Program-made: the position numbers and the translations under genes
DNA from: Cenarchaeum sp.
Lineage (GTDB): Archaea; Thermoproteota; Nitrososphaeria; Nitrososphaerales; Nitrosopumilaceae
DNA length: 64,000 nt
Assembly (NCBI GenBank): GCA_963693095.2
Contig: OY843768.1
Coordinates: 1,216,001 to 1,280,000 of the forward strand
Direction: 5' to 3'
Notes under the pieces: generated by a model
The model's input: only the letters and a program-made list of their open reading frames with translations
Databases searched by the model: none
What the model was told of the DNA's origin: nothing
Shown: positions 1 through 9,749 of the stretch, piece by piece
Layout: the number at the start of each line of letters is the position of its first letter
How positions within the stretch are numbered: position 1 is the stretch's first letter

Positions 1-744
1 GACTCGATGGCCATGGAGCCCTCGCGCGTGGCGTCGCCCGAGGAGATGATGCGCGGCCTGATGGCCGAGAGGCGCCGTCTCCTCATGGGCCACTATGGGG
101 ACGTAGAGTCAGACGCGTCGCTCATAGACGAGTCACAGCTTCCAAGCCACTATGCGATATCGCTGTCCGGTGAGCCGACAATGTACCCGCTCCTTCCCGA
201 GCTCATCAGGCACCTACGGTCACTTGAGGCGACAAAGTCCGTGTTCCTAGTCACCAACGGGCAGGAGCCCGACATGATTCGCCGCCTTCGCGATGAGGAT
301 GCGCTTCCGACGCAGATTTACCTTTCTGCAAATGCGGCCGATCGCGAGTCGTTCATGCGCATAAACCGTCCGCGCTATGCCGATTCCTGGGAACGCTGGA
401 ACGAGACGCTCGGTATCATGGGAGAGCTTGACACGCGCACAGTGATTCGCGTGACGCTGATACGCAACCACAACACGCAGGCCTCAATGCGCAGCGCCTT
501 TGCGCGCATGCTAGACTCCTCGAATGTCCACTTTGTGGAGGCAAAGTCATACATGCACATCGGGCGCTCGACAGGGAGGCTAGAGCGCGAGAACATGCTA
601 GAGATGGAAGAGGTGCGCGAGTTTGCATCAGACATGGAGTCCTATGGCGTGTTTGACCACATGGACGAGAGCGAGATATCGAGGATCGTCGTCATGCAGA
701 ACCGCCGTCGTCCTATCGAGCGCATGATTAAGGCGTACGCGTAA
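1..744 (+). CDS. taw1: 4-demethylwyosine synthase TYW1/Taw1 (radical SAM), 5'-truncated by the window edge
   Basis: Frame is open from base 1. Motifs HYAISLSGEPTMYP, FLVTNGQEP, LPTQIYLS and HFVEAKSYMHIGRS are typical of archaeal Tyw1. The CxxxCxxC motif would lie upstream of the window. Confidence 0.92.
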   Translation, partial: DSMAMEPSRVASPEEMMRGLMAERRRLLMGHYGDVESDASLIDESQLPSHYAISLSGEPTMYPLLPELIRHLRSLEATKSVFLVTNGQEPDMIRRLRDEDALPTQIYLSANAADRESFMRINRPRYADSWERWNETLGIMGELDTRTVIRVTLIRNHNTQASMRSAFARMLDSSNVHFVEAKSYMHIGRSTGRLERENMLEMEEVREFASDMESYGVFDHMDESEISRIVVMQNRRRPIERMIKAYA

Positions 745-1288
745 ACCAGGCGGCGAACTTTTCTAGCGCGGCTGCCCTGTGCGACACGTCATTCTTGTTG
801 CGTATCTGCGCATATGTTCCCTCAAATCCCTCTGGAACAAAGATTGGGTCGTATCCCCACCCGTCACCGCGCTCAGTCTCAGATATCATGCCGCGCACGC
901 ACGACTCGAACATTCGCGGTGACGGAGTGCGCGGTTCGGCATACGCCACGGCCGCACAAAAGCTTGCGCTGCGGCCCATCTGTCCCAATGCGCGCAGCAC
1001 GCCGGCGCAGCCTATCGTGCCATAGACAAATGCCGAATAGGGACCCGGAAAGCCGCCGAGCGCATCAACGAACAGGCCCGCGTCCTCCACTATAACGGGG
1101 CGCGCACAGAGCGCAAGCGCACCTGTGGCCTTTTTTGCCGCAATGGCACCTAGTGAGTCAGACTGGATCTCCTCAAGATCACACTCTAGGTGAGCAAGGT
1201 CCACGCCATGGCGCGCAAGTATCACGCGCGCCTCATCATACTTTTTCCTGTTTGAGGTGGCAAGGAGCAGCTCACGTGACTGTCGCAT
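728..1288 (-). CDS. rdgB: RdgB/HAM1 non-canonical purine NTP pyrophosphatase
   Basis: Motifs ATSNRKK, EEIQ, VEDAGLFVDALGGFPGPYS, GWGYDPIF and KNDVSHR. ATG at 1288 (MRQS) is preferred over the longer 1315 start. Confidence 0.95.
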   Translation of the reverse strand: MRQSRELLLATSNRKKYDEARVILARHGVDLAHLECDLEEIQSDSLGAIAAKKATGALALCARPVIVEDAGLFVDALGGFPGPYSAFVYGTIGCAGVLRALGQMGRSASFCAAVAYAEPRTPSPRMFESCVRGMISETERGDGWGYDPIFVPEGFEGTYAQIRNKNDVSHRAAALEKFAAWFTRTP

Positions 1289-1892
1289 ACCGCCCCCTCC
1301 GCTCAATGTCCGCAACTATGCCCAACACGCGCTCAAGGCGTGCCTTGCCAAGGGCAGGCCCGTACGATGACACGAACGCCTTCCATGACGAGTCGGCATC
1401 ATCGGCATGGACGCTGTTTAGGACCTCTCGGAACAGGCGCAGGTCCACGGCGCAGTCCTCATCGCGCACTGACCTAGAGGAGAGGCCCAGGTCGATCACA
1501 AATGTCCTCCCGTTCGAGACGATAAAGTTTGACGTGGTCATGTCACCGTGAACAACGCCGTTGCTGTGGAGCCTTGCGGCTATGAGTCCAATCTCGGCAC
1601 ATGCCGACTTTAGGCGCGCAGCGCGCATTGTGCCGACGATTGTGCCGCGTATGCGCTGCATGACTATGCGGTGGCGTCCAACGTCGAGATCCAGGACTAG
1701 CGGGGCTGCGACGCCAAATGCCTTGATCGTCGAGATCATCTGCGCCTCGCGGATCGTGCGGGACCTGCGTATCTTTGCATCAAGGCGCGCATTGATGTAT
1801 TCCCGTGGCCTGCGCGCCTTGAGGATCGCCGGATGCCGCCCGTGCGATGTGGCATAGATGTCAGCCTCTGCGCCCCTGCAAAGCAGCCTCAT
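1272..1892 (-). CDS. bud32: KEOPS complex kinase Bud32
   Basis: Motifs RGAEADIY, RTIREA, VHGDMTTSN, IDLGL, AVDL and C-terminal RRGRY. Adjacent to rdgB as usual in archaea. Confidence 0.95.
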   Translation of the reverse strand: MRLLCRGAEADIYATSHGRHPAILKARRPREYINARLDAKIRRSRTIREAQMISTIKAFGVAAPLVLDLDVGRHRIVMQRIRGTIVGTMRAARLKSACAEIGLIAARLHSNGVVHGDMTTSNFIVSNGRTFVIDLGLSSRSVRDEDCAVDLRLFREVLNSVHADDADSSWKAFVSSYGPALGKARLERVLGIVADIERRGRYATVT

Positions 1893-1916
1893 TGGCGCAG
1901 GGCGGCCGGCGCGGGC

Positions 1917-1924
1917 AATTTAAC
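1917..1924 (-). promoter_or_regulatory. TATA box of bud32-rdgB
   Basis: GTTAAATT on the minus strand in GC-rich DNA; TTAAAT begins 31 nt before the ATG at 1892. Confidence 0.65.
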
Positions 1925-1928
1925 GATT

Positions 1929-4900
1929 CTAGTTGCGCTGCGGCGCAGGGCGCATGCGAGCCCGCCGTGCGAGCTCGCCGAGTGCCCACAGTGGCGACAC
2001 GCCGCCGGTGCGCCGCAGGCGCCTCCAGAGCGCAAGGGATACCATGGCGGCCAGGGCCACTGCTAACGCGCCAGAATAGTCCTGGCGGTATGACGCGTGG
2101 ACCGCAGTGTCCTCGCTTGCGACAAAGCGCGCAATGTTGCCCTCGTGCGTGGCGCCATCTGGAAGGGCGTCCCATCGCTCAAAGACGCCATATGCAAGGA
2201 GCGGCACGATCTCTGTGGGCTCGGCGACGAGCTCGACGCTTGTGCCGTACGCGTGAACGCCGGCGCCGGAGACTCCGCTCGTGGCGCTCACCGTGACGCT
2301 GCCCTCATAGACTGCGTGCACAACCATGTCGCCGCTAGCCGAAAAGTGGATGCTGTCGTCGGTGTACTCGTGACCGTTGACCGTTGTGCCGGACAGGACG
2401 TAGCGCCCGCCGTGCTCGTGCGGAAACTGGAGCTCGACGGAGGCGATGTCCCCGTACTCTCGGCTCCACGGGAGCGCTATTGTGGACTCGGTTGTGCCCG
2501 AGTCATGCGCGTGCGCCACGAGGCGCACGCCCTCAATGGCGAGGCGCTCGCCGTCGGTTCCGGCCGCCGAGACGTCTAGGAGCGCATACTCTTCGGCAGT
2601 GACGTGGATCGTCTCGTGCGATGGCTCATACCCCCGCTTTGATGCCGATATCGTGACCGGAAATGTCCCCGGCACGTCAGCAGTCACGTCTATTGACGGC
2701 GAGTCGCCCACCTGCGTCCACGGGATTGCCGAGCTCACGTCAATGTCGATGTCATCGGCTACCGCAATGACATCGATGCGAAACGGCACGCCCGTGCGCG
2801 CAGTTGCCGCCGAGGCGCGCACATCAAGTCCAAGCACGTTTGAGAACACGCTGACAGAGCGCTCATGGGCGCCGTGATCCGCCAGGACGGACATTGTGAT
2901 GTCACCGGCGCGCTGGGCGCTCATGCGGCGCGTGTCCCAGTACGCCTCAATGCCACTTGCCGCAATCTCTGTGGTGTCTGCAGCCGAGAGGGGCGTGCCA
3001 AGCGAGTCGACAAGGTGCATCGCAAACGGAAACTCCTCGTGCAGGTGAACGCGCTGGGGGATGTCAAGTGCCACGCCTGCGACAGTGCCGGGAAGCGAGA
3101 GCTCGGCAGTCCCGCGCCCAAGTCCGGACGCAGTTGCGGTGATCGTTGTGCCGGCACCAAGGTCGGCCCGAAGTCGCGCCGAGTCGTCCACTATCATTAG
3201 GGTGCGCTCGGCGAGGCCGTCTCCGGCCACGGTCACCGCCTTTGGGCGCCCAAAGGCACCGCGCGCATCAACTAGGGCGCCGTCTGCGTCGCGTATGGAG
3301 ACTAGCGCGATATCCTGCACGCCGCCGCCCGGCGCTATGCGCAGGGGCTCGATGTGCAGCCCGTACTCGCCAGAGTTTGGCGGGATTGCGCTAAAGTTGG
3401 CCAGTGATGTCCCGACGTTCGTTGCAGTTGCTGCGAGCGTATAGTTTCCCACATCATGCGCCACAATCCCAAAGCTGGCCGCAAATGAGCGAATCGTCCC
3501 CTGTGTGAGCTCCACAGTCGCATCATACTCGGTGCCCGGCGGGGATACGGACAGTGACACTCGCCGGCCGTCAACTTCCACCGGATGCCGCAGTGCAAAG
3601 CATGCGCCTTCTGCCTCACGGACATCCCCGCACGCAATGTCTGCGCTCACACCCTCCATCTCCCCAATCGAGTCCGCACACTCGCCGCGCGCATCCGCAT
3701 CGTGGTATGGCGCAATCGTGACGCTAGCCTCACCCGAGGTCACAAGTGGGTGAACCCATGCGCGTATCGAGTTGACATTGTCGCTCGGGCGCGCCGTCGC
3801 GCATGCGGCAGGAACAGGCTCAATGTCATCATCACGCATGTCCGCAAGCCCGCCAAGATCGCCGATATTGCCATAGTATGCAGGGCCGACCACAATTCTT
3901 CCAGTCGCAGTCCCGACGTCGGGAACCGACACGGTTATTGTGGCCACGCCGGCCCCGCGCGTGTACACGAGTCCGCTCGCCACGCCGTTGCGCATGTAAA
4001 GCGCGGCGTGCTCAGAGTTCTCAGAGGCGACTGGCAAAAACCCCGCCACTGCCGTGTTGTCAGTGTGAACATGCCCAACTAGCACGCCGGGATGCGCGTA
4101 GGGCCGGCCTCCCTCCTCAAGCCACGCATGGTACATTGCATGGCTGCCCTCGCCGGCCGGACTTGGGGCGACTGCCATGCTGATGCCCACGTCGCGCGCA
4201 ACCTTTGCAATCTCGGCACTAGCCGACTCGAGCCCGCCGGTGTGCGCGCGAAGCGTGCCGTTGCCGTACACGCGCAGGGCAAACCTGGCGTGAAACTCGC
4301 CCTCGGATATCACGGCCTCAGTGGGGGAGACTAGCGCACTGTCTGACTCTAGGCGAACCGTCGTCTCTGCGGGGACGCGAGTCGGCGTGCCGTTGGAGTC
4401 GAGCACAAAGACGTACGCCGTGACGCTGCCTGACATTGTCCTGTTTGAGGCAAGGATCACCTCGAGCCTCGAGGGGACGCTCTTTTGCGAGTATATGCGC
4501 GACTCGGCGCTGACTAGAGGGCCGTTGATCGACGCAAATACGCCCACGGCATCCCTTCCGGCCGCAAGCGGGCGCAGCTCAAAGATTGCGTGGTTGTCTC
4601 CGGCCTGCACAGTCGCCTCGCGCTCCACTGCAAGTGCGGCCGGATCACTAGACGTGATGAGTATGCGCGCACCCTGCGAATGCGCATCCTCGGTCACGAC
4701 GATACCCTCGTACGTCCTGCCCTCGAGCATCGCCGGCGGTATCCACAGCGACGCTCGCGCCGGTGCGCTGTCAGCCTGCACCGCAGTGAGCGCAAACTGT
4801 CCGGTCGTGGACACGTGGCCGTCGGCCTCGGCACCAACGCGCAGCGTCATGGCCCCCGGTTCAGCAGAGCCCCACTCGATCGCAAACGTGCCGTCATCTA

Positions 4901-5171
4901 GCGCCGTGGCCTCGCCGCATGTGCAGTATGCCCCACCGGGGGCGCCGATGAGCTCTAGGCCAAGCTTTGCGCCGGCGACCGGAGAGTCACCCGAGACTGC
5001 GCTGATGGTCAATGTCTGCGGATCAGAGCCCACGACATGCGAGCGCGAGCCGGCGACTGTCACCGAGAGCGGCAGGCCTGCGCCATTGACTTCTTCCTGT
5101 GCGAATGCCACCGGAGCCGCACACAGGATTGCCACGAGTGCCGCTCGCGCAATGTGTGGCGCCCTAGCCAA
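1929..5171 (-). CDS. 1080-aa surface protein: signal peptide, multiple Ig-like beta domains, C-terminal B-repeat-like domain and TM anchor
   Basis: Signal peptide MARAPHIARAALVAILCAAPVAFA-Q. Beta-rich body. GAGVHAYGTSVELVA...FERW...VHASY resembles an InlB-B/Flg_new-like repeat. Ends in hydrophobic ALAVALAAMVSLALW followed by RRLRR. Confidence 0.75.
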   Translation of the reverse strand: MARAPHIARAALVAILCAAPVAFAQEEVNGAGLPLSVTVAGSRSHVVGSDPQTLTISAVSGDSPVAGAKLGLELIGAPGGAYCTCGEATALDDGTFAIEWGSAEPGAMTLRVGAEADGHVSTTGQFALTAVQADSAPARASLWIPPAMLEGRTYEGIVVTEDAHSQGARILITSSDPAALAVEREATVQAGDNHAIFELRPLAAGRDAVGVFASINGPLVSAESRIYSQKSVPSRLEVILASNRTMSGSVTAYVFVLDSNGTPTRVPAETTVRLESDSALVSPTEAVISEGEFHARFALRVYGNGTLRAHTGGLESASAEIAKVARDVGISMAVAPSPAGEGSHAMYHAWLEEGGRPYAHPGVLVGHVHTDNTAVAGFLPVASENSEHAALYMRNGVASGLVYTRGAGVATITVSVPDVGTATGRIVVGPAYYGNIGDLGGLADMRDDDIEPVPAACATARPSDNVNSIRAWVHPLVTSGEASVTIAPYHDADARGECADSIGEMEGVSADIACGDVREAEGACFALRHPVEVDGRRVSLSVSPPGTEYDATVELTQGTIRSFAASFGIVAHDVGNYTLAATATNVGTSLANFSAIPPNSGEYGLHIEPLRIAPGGGVQDIALVSIRDADGALVDARGAFGRPKAVTVAGDGLAERTLMIVDDSARLRADLGAGTTITATASGLGRGTAELSLPGTVAGVALDIPQRVHLHEEFPFAMHLVDSLGTPLSAADTTEIAASGIEAYWDTRRMSAQRAGDITMSVLADHGAHERSVSVFSNVLGLDVRASAATARTGVPFRIDVIAVADDIDIDVSSAIPWTQVGDSPSIDVTADVPGTFPVTISASKRGYEPSHETIHVTAEEYALLDVSAAGTDGERLAIEGVRLVAHAHDSGTTESTIALPWSREYGDIASVELQFPHEHGGRYVLSGTTVNGHEYTDDSIHFSASGDMVVHAVYEGSVTVSATSGVSGAGVHAYGTSVELVAEPTEIVPLLAYGVFERWDALPDGATHEGNIARFVASEDTAVHASYRQDYSGALAVALAAMVSLALWRRLRRTGGVSPLWALGELARRARMRPAPQRN

Positions 5172-8100
5172 TTATTATGCTACCGCCGTGTATGTTTGCC
5201 GTTGCGCTCGCGTCACTTGACACGTGCGTGCGAATCGTCCCCGTGCCGCACCATGTTCTTCCTTCCGGTGACGGAAATGCGCTCTCGGCGTATATGTTGG
5301 CGTGTATGTAAAACTCTACAAAGTCTCCAGGGCTGACAGTGCTGACATTGACCGTGTTGCTGATTGTTGTCCTGTCATACGTGAATGTCGTCTTTGTGCT
5401 TCCATTTCCGTTGGCCAGCACCTTGCTAGTCGCCGAGATTTCAGGCGCATAGTTGCTTATGCGCTCGCTTTCATAGACAAGATCGCCATTCCTGTATGCT
5501 GCGACCCAGCCCGTTAGTGGATCGCGTGCGCAGCGCGGCATCTGCGACTCCCTGTGCGTGTGCTCAATGTGCGCATGTCCGGACACCGTGCCGCTGATTA
5601 TGGCAAGTATTGGCCTGTCTGATGTCGCAATGGTGTATGCCGATGCGCCTGCCGAGGCGTCAATGTGATCGATCGGCTGCTCAAAGGAGACGCGTGACAC
5701 GGTGCTAGTCGAGGCCGGAATCACCCTCACGTTGCTCCCGCCGAGCACGTCAGAGTAGCGCAGGACCGCATCAACACCGTTTACCTTCATGTGTATGGAA
5801 AAGTATCCCGGCACCACCGGAACCCATATGCGGCCCTCGTCATCCTCGCTTGCCGAATACTCGCCGTCAAGGTACGCAAGGCGCATGGCCGTGCCATCCC
5901 TTGCGCGAAGCTCGACGTCGCTGACAGTCACGCTGCCGGCCACGGGTATCTGAGCCCATGTGTGAACAGTATAGATGTGATCTTCGGGCGTCGCGATCCT
6001 CATGCTCTTGCCGGCTCGCGGGTCAAAGATGATCGTGCTAAAGCTTCCGCGATACGACGCAGCGTCCGGATACGTGTGTAGCGTGAATGACTCTGGCATG
6101 GACTCGACAAACGGAATCGTTCCATGCTTTGTGGTAAATCCGAAATGGAGCGTCTTGTCGTCGATCGCAAACCTGTATGGGACAGAGGGCGCCAGGCCCA
6201 CAATGCCCTCATCTGAGACGGCATCAAGCGTGACTGTCGAGCCGCTGGTGTGAACCAACGCGTAGAGGTTGCGCGCATAGGCACTGTCACGCTCTGGCAT
6301 CTCCACCCTGTGCGCAGCAGAGTCCGAGGAGATGACGGTGTCCACGACGTATTGCCGCTCGGCAATGACACAGAGCGTGTCGCCCCACGTGAATATGGCA
6401 GTGCTTTGCGCCCAGGAGGTCTGCGGGTGGCGCTCGATTGACGTGCTGTTGGAGCTCTTTGTGGTCAGCGTGTTGAACTTTATTCCCGCCAGGCTAGCAT
6501 AGTCGTCATTTCCCCCCGTGCCCTCGGTAAACATCATGGACGGCACGCCATAATGCGTGTGAACCCTCCCGAGAAAAGAATTCGACTCCTCGGGGTTGTC
6601 TAGCGCAAAGCGCTCCTCGCCCGAGCTGGAAGCAATGGCGTATGCAGGTGCCGTAATGTAGATGTGCGGGTAGTGCGTGGCATAGTGCTCAAAGGCATAG
6701 CCGATCGGGGTGCCATAGGAAAAGCGCTTGTTAGTCAAGGTCAATGGCTCATCAAGCGTGACGCCAGAATTCGCAATGATGTTGTCTGTGCCCTTTTGGA
6801 TCACGTGCATGCGCGATTCGAGCGTGGGCTCATACGCCACATGGAACCGTGCGCCGTCACGCAGCAGTAGTCCAGTGCCCGGAAAGGCCATGGATGTCGA
6901 ATTGTGCTGAATCTCGTACTGTCCCGGATGCGCATAGTATGGAAACTGTGTGTCAAGGAGCGGGAGGTAATACCGGTGATCCATGGGATGCGATATATCG
7001 TGTGAGTGCGCGCGCGAGTACGGGTGCGATGCGAGGAGATGGTGGCTAAAACCCCAGTATGCGGTGTGCAGCTCCCTCATCGACGTCGCGCTCTCCTTAG
7101 AGTACGTAATAGTGTCCTTGGAGATGCTCGACGTGGGCAGCGTTCCCGCATAGATCAAAGAGTTTTCCGGCTTGTTGACGTCAATGATCCATCCTGCCGA
7201 AACTGCGAGTGGAGATTCTTTAAGGTGATCTTTTGGATTGGCCTTCCACACGAGTCCGCCACATCGCTCCTTTAGCTGCGCAATGCTCACCGTGTCAGCA
7301 AGCGTGGCGTACGGGGACGTGAGTATCTCCACGCTTCCGCCGCCAAGTGTGGCGTTGAAGAGCAGCGTCTTGCCAAGCATTGCCGAGTCGAGCTTTAGGA
7401 GCGCGCTCTGGCCGCCTGAGACGGTCGTGGTTCCCCCCTCCGAGCTCACCGTGGCGCTCCCGCGCGAGGCAGTATAGGAGGCGAGATCCGGCTTTGTGGT
7501 GTTCCTCGCCGTGCCGTCTGGCGCAACGGTGATGAGCGCCTTGCTCGAGTATCCCGATATTGCAGTCGATGTCCTTGTGTCCGAGTCAAGCAGGAGCGAC
7601 GCAAAGTTCGGCGCGGCCTCCGTTGCGTCCACGTCCACTTCAATATGCGGCCTGAGCGAGGCTATGTTGGTCCACGTGTCCGAGCCGTATATGACGTGGC
7701 CAGAGTGCTCGGCCTGCTCGAGTCGGCTTCCAATGCCCATGCCGCTCACCGTCTCCCTTGCGGGGTTCTTTGCCGATCCTGACGTGTCGATCTCGGCGCC
7801 AAACGTGTTGCCCATGCGCGTAACGGCGACAATGGAGACGCTGCCGTCCACGCCGTCAGGCACATCATAGCCGATGCTCGCCTCGCCAAATCCCGCAAGC
7901 GGCATCCGGCCATCAAACTCGGGCAGGCGCGCGACTGTCCCGTTTTGGAGCATCGACCTGACCTCGATGATCTCCACGGGATCGGCGCGCTCGTTGCTGA
8001 CATGAATCGTGTATGACCGGCCGTCGCCTTCCGTCACTCCAACGCCGAGGCTCTCGTGAACCGCGCGTCTCTGCGAGTCAGCCGCGTCGGCTGCGCGCCT

Positions 8101-8223
8101 ATTGTACTCGTCGACGCCCTCGAGGTGCGCATGGAGGAGCGCCATCGAGGCGCCCATCACCGCAAAGACGATGATGGCCGCTAGGATCGCGCCCACTACC
8201 GGCCACACCCCAGGGCTGCCCAC
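5164..8223 (-). CDS. 1019-aa protein with an N-terminal archaeal pilin/archaellin-like domain (candidate pilus adhesin)
   Basis: N-terminus PG-VWPVVGAILAAIIVFAVMG is class III signal-like, followed by ESL.V...IHVSNERADPVEIIEV typical of archaeal minor pilins. No C-terminal TM. Confidence 0.7.
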   Translation of the reverse strand: MGSPGVWPVVGAILAAIIVFAVMGASMALLHAHLEGVDEYNRRAADAADSQRRAVHESLGVGVTEGDGRSYTIHVSNERADPVEIIEVRSMLQNGTVARLPEFDGRMPLAGFGEASIGYDVPDGVDGSVSIVAVTRMGNTFGAEIDTSGSAKNPARETVSGMGIGSRLEQAEHSGHVIYGSDTWTNIASLRPHIEVDVDATEAAPNFASLLLDSDTRTSTAISGYSSKALITVAPDGTARNTTKPDLASYTASRGSATVSSEGGTTTVSGGQSALLKLDSAMLGKTLLFNATLGGGSVEILTSPYATLADTVSIAQLKERCGGLVWKANPKDHLKESPLAVSAGWIIDVNKPENSLIYAGTLPTSSISKDTITYSKESATSMRELHTAYWGFSHHLLASHPYSRAHSHDISHPMDHRYYLPLLDTQFPYYAHPGQYEIQHNSTSMAFPGTGLLLRDGARFHVAYEPTLESRMHVIQKGTDNIIANSGVTLDEPLTLTNKRFSYGTPIGYAFEHYATHYPHIYITAPAYAIASSSGEERFALDNPEESNSFLGRVHTHYGVPSMMFTEGTGGNDDYASLAGIKFNTLTTKSSNSTSIERHPQTSWAQSTAIFTWGDTLCVIAERQYVVDTVISSDSAAHRVEMPERDSAYARNLYALVHTSGSTVTLDAVSDEGIVGLAPSVPYRFAIDDKTLHFGFTTKHGTIPFVESMPESFTLHTYPDAASYRGSFSTIIFDPRAGKSMRIATPEDHIYTVHTWAQIPVAGSVTVSDVELRARDGTAMRLAYLDGEYSASEDDEGRIWVPVVPGYFSIHMKVNGVDAVLRYSDVLGGSNVRVIPASTSTVSRVSFEQPIDHIDASAGASAYTIATSDRPILAIISGTVSGHAHIEHTHRESQMPRCARDPLTGWVAAYRNGDLVYESERISNYAPEISATSKVLANGNGSTKTTFTYDRTTISNTVNVSTVSPGDFVEFYIHANIYAESAFPSPEGRTWCGTGTIRTHVSSDASATANIHGGSIIIG

Positions 8224-9683
8224 GCGTGCAGGGCAAACTCGGAGCTAGCGCACTGCGACTCGTCGAGCTCGGCCCCGCCCGATTCCACAAGGAGCGCGTT
8301 TACCGGCACGTCCGGAGCGCAATAGACGGCGCCCGTTGGCCTGCCCCCACGGTCAATTGGCATCATGTCATCAATGTCCACCGTTGCCCACGAACCTGGC
8401 GCACACTCGGAGAGCAGGAGTGCATCTGCGGCGTCATGTGCGTCTTCTGCCATGCGCACAAGCGAGAGGCGCGTCTCGGTTCCGTTAATGCCAATCATGC
8501 CTGCCCTCGCCGAGGTGACTATGCCGCGATAGCACGTCTCCTTGAAAAGGCTGCCCGAGCAGGGACTGTCATCGTTCAAGTCATGCAAGTCGTTCAAGTC
8601 ATGCAAGTCGTTCAAGTCATGCAAGTCGTTCAAGTCATGCAAGTCGTTCAAGTCATGCAAGTCGTTCAAGTCATGCAAGTCGTTCAAGTCATGCAAGTCG
8701 TTCAAGTCATGCAAGTCGTTCAAGTCGTTCAAGTCATCATGCGGAACCTGCGTGTCGGCCCATGAGCCTCGCAGGGCACTGTCGAGAAGCGCACTAGAGC
8801 AGAGCTCTGCAATGCTTTGTGCGCCATCGGTGGCCCCGCACACGCTAGACAGCACGGCTGCCGCACCGGCCGGATCAGAGGCCACAAGGCGCTCAGTTGT
8901 GGACATGTCATCCAGATGACGCTCCGCAGGCGGGTCAGTTGCGCCGCTGCCCTGCGCAGAGTGCTCAAGGAGGTCAAGCTCAAAGAGCAGGCGCGAGCTA
9001 GGCCCGAGCTGCCTATGAACTGTCGCATCGAGCGGAAACGGAAACCCGTCGAGTATCGTGATGCTCGTGCCAGGGGTGTCCGGATACCCCACGTGTGCCA
9101 CCTCGACGTCCTCCCCACCGACTGTGGCCATGTCCATCGAGATCACGTGCAGCGCGCCATCACCGTCTCCCCACCTTTCGCCGACCTCTAGATCCCGCGG
9201 TGTGCTGCTGTTCGCGTGCGCGTCAATCCAAAAGAGCGTCTCGCGCAGGACCGAGACCATGACGCCATGCTGCGCGTCAGCATACACGTCAAGCCTGCCC
9301 TCTGCGCCGATTCGCAGTATTGCGTCCTGCCGGGCAGTCGCGTGGTCTTCGGGAACGCCAAACCTGGCCTGCACGACCCACACGGGACCATGCCACTCCT
9401 CGAGCATGCCGATAAACTCGAGCTCGGCTGTGACGCACTCGGAGCCGACTGAGGGCAGCGTGTGGGCCACGCACATCCTGTACGCAAACGAGTCTAGCGC
9501 GTCAAGGCCCTCGCCAAGGTGCCATGTCGGCACCCTGGCGTCGGACGCTGCGCTGGCCATGGCATCAGGCGGCGACGGAGGCGATGCGAGTGCGACTAGC
9601 GCGAGTATACAGGCACACCCCACAAGGCGGTCGAAACCATGTCGGAACGCCGACTGCGCCAGCGCCTGCACCCCACTCTTCAT
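8196..9683 (-). CDS. Secreted protein: thaumarchaeal N-terminal domain, DLNDLH repeat linker, degenerate thermonuclease (SNase-like) C-terminal domain
   Basis: Hydrophobic N-terminus; WHLGEGL..DSFAYRMC domain. C-terminus CYRGIVTS...TRLSLV...CAPGSWATVDIDD...GGRPTGAVYC...NALLVESG...SEFALHAWA..GC matches the layout of thaumarchaeal thermonucleases. Start at 9683 (ATG) or 9695 (GTG). Confidence 0.7.
   Translation of the reverse strand: MKSGVQALAQSAFRHGFDRLVGCACILALVALASPPSPPDAMASAASDARVPTWHLGEGLDALDSFAYRMCVAHTLPSVGSECVTAELEFIGMLEEWHGPVWVVQARFGVPEDHATARQDAILRIGAEGRLDVYADAQHGVMVSVLRETLFWIDAHANSSTPRDLEVGERWGDGDGALHVISMDMATVGGEDVEVAHVGYPDTPGTSITILDGFPFPLDATVHRQLGPSSRLLFELDLLEHSAQGSGATDPPAERHLDDMSTTERLVASDPAGAAAVLSSVCGATDGAQSIAELCSSALLDSALRGSWADTQVPHDDLNDLNDLHDLNDLHDLNDLHDLNDLHDLNDLHDLNDLHDLNDLHDLNDLHDLNDDSPCSGSLFKETCYRGIVTSARAGMIGINGTETRLSLVRMAEDAHDAADALLLSECAPGSWATVDIDDMMPIDRGGRPTGAVYCAPDVPVNALLVESGGAELDESQCASSEFALHAWAALGCGR
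8572..8733. repeat. Coding minisatellite (TCGTTCAAGTCATGCAAG)x8 plus (TCGTTCAAG)x2
   Basis: Counted directly; encodes (DLNDLH)n on the minus strand. Confidence 0.97.
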
Positions 9684-9700
9684 TCTGCCGACCACACCAT
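9680..9700 (-). other. 6-aa leader ORF (MVWSAE) whose TGA overlaps the ATG at 9683 (ATGA)
   Basis: Reads ATG GTG TGG TCG GCA GAA TGA downstream of the TATA-like CTTTTATTC at 9736-9728. Confidence 0.4.
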
Positions 9701-9749
9701 AGCACGCGTGGGAAGCGCGTGAATTTTGAATAAAAGGCGCGCAGTGGCC

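Noticed and set aside
8572-8733. Possible CRISPR array
   Set aside because: Contiguous tandem units with no spacers, in frame within a CDS, and no cas genes nearby.
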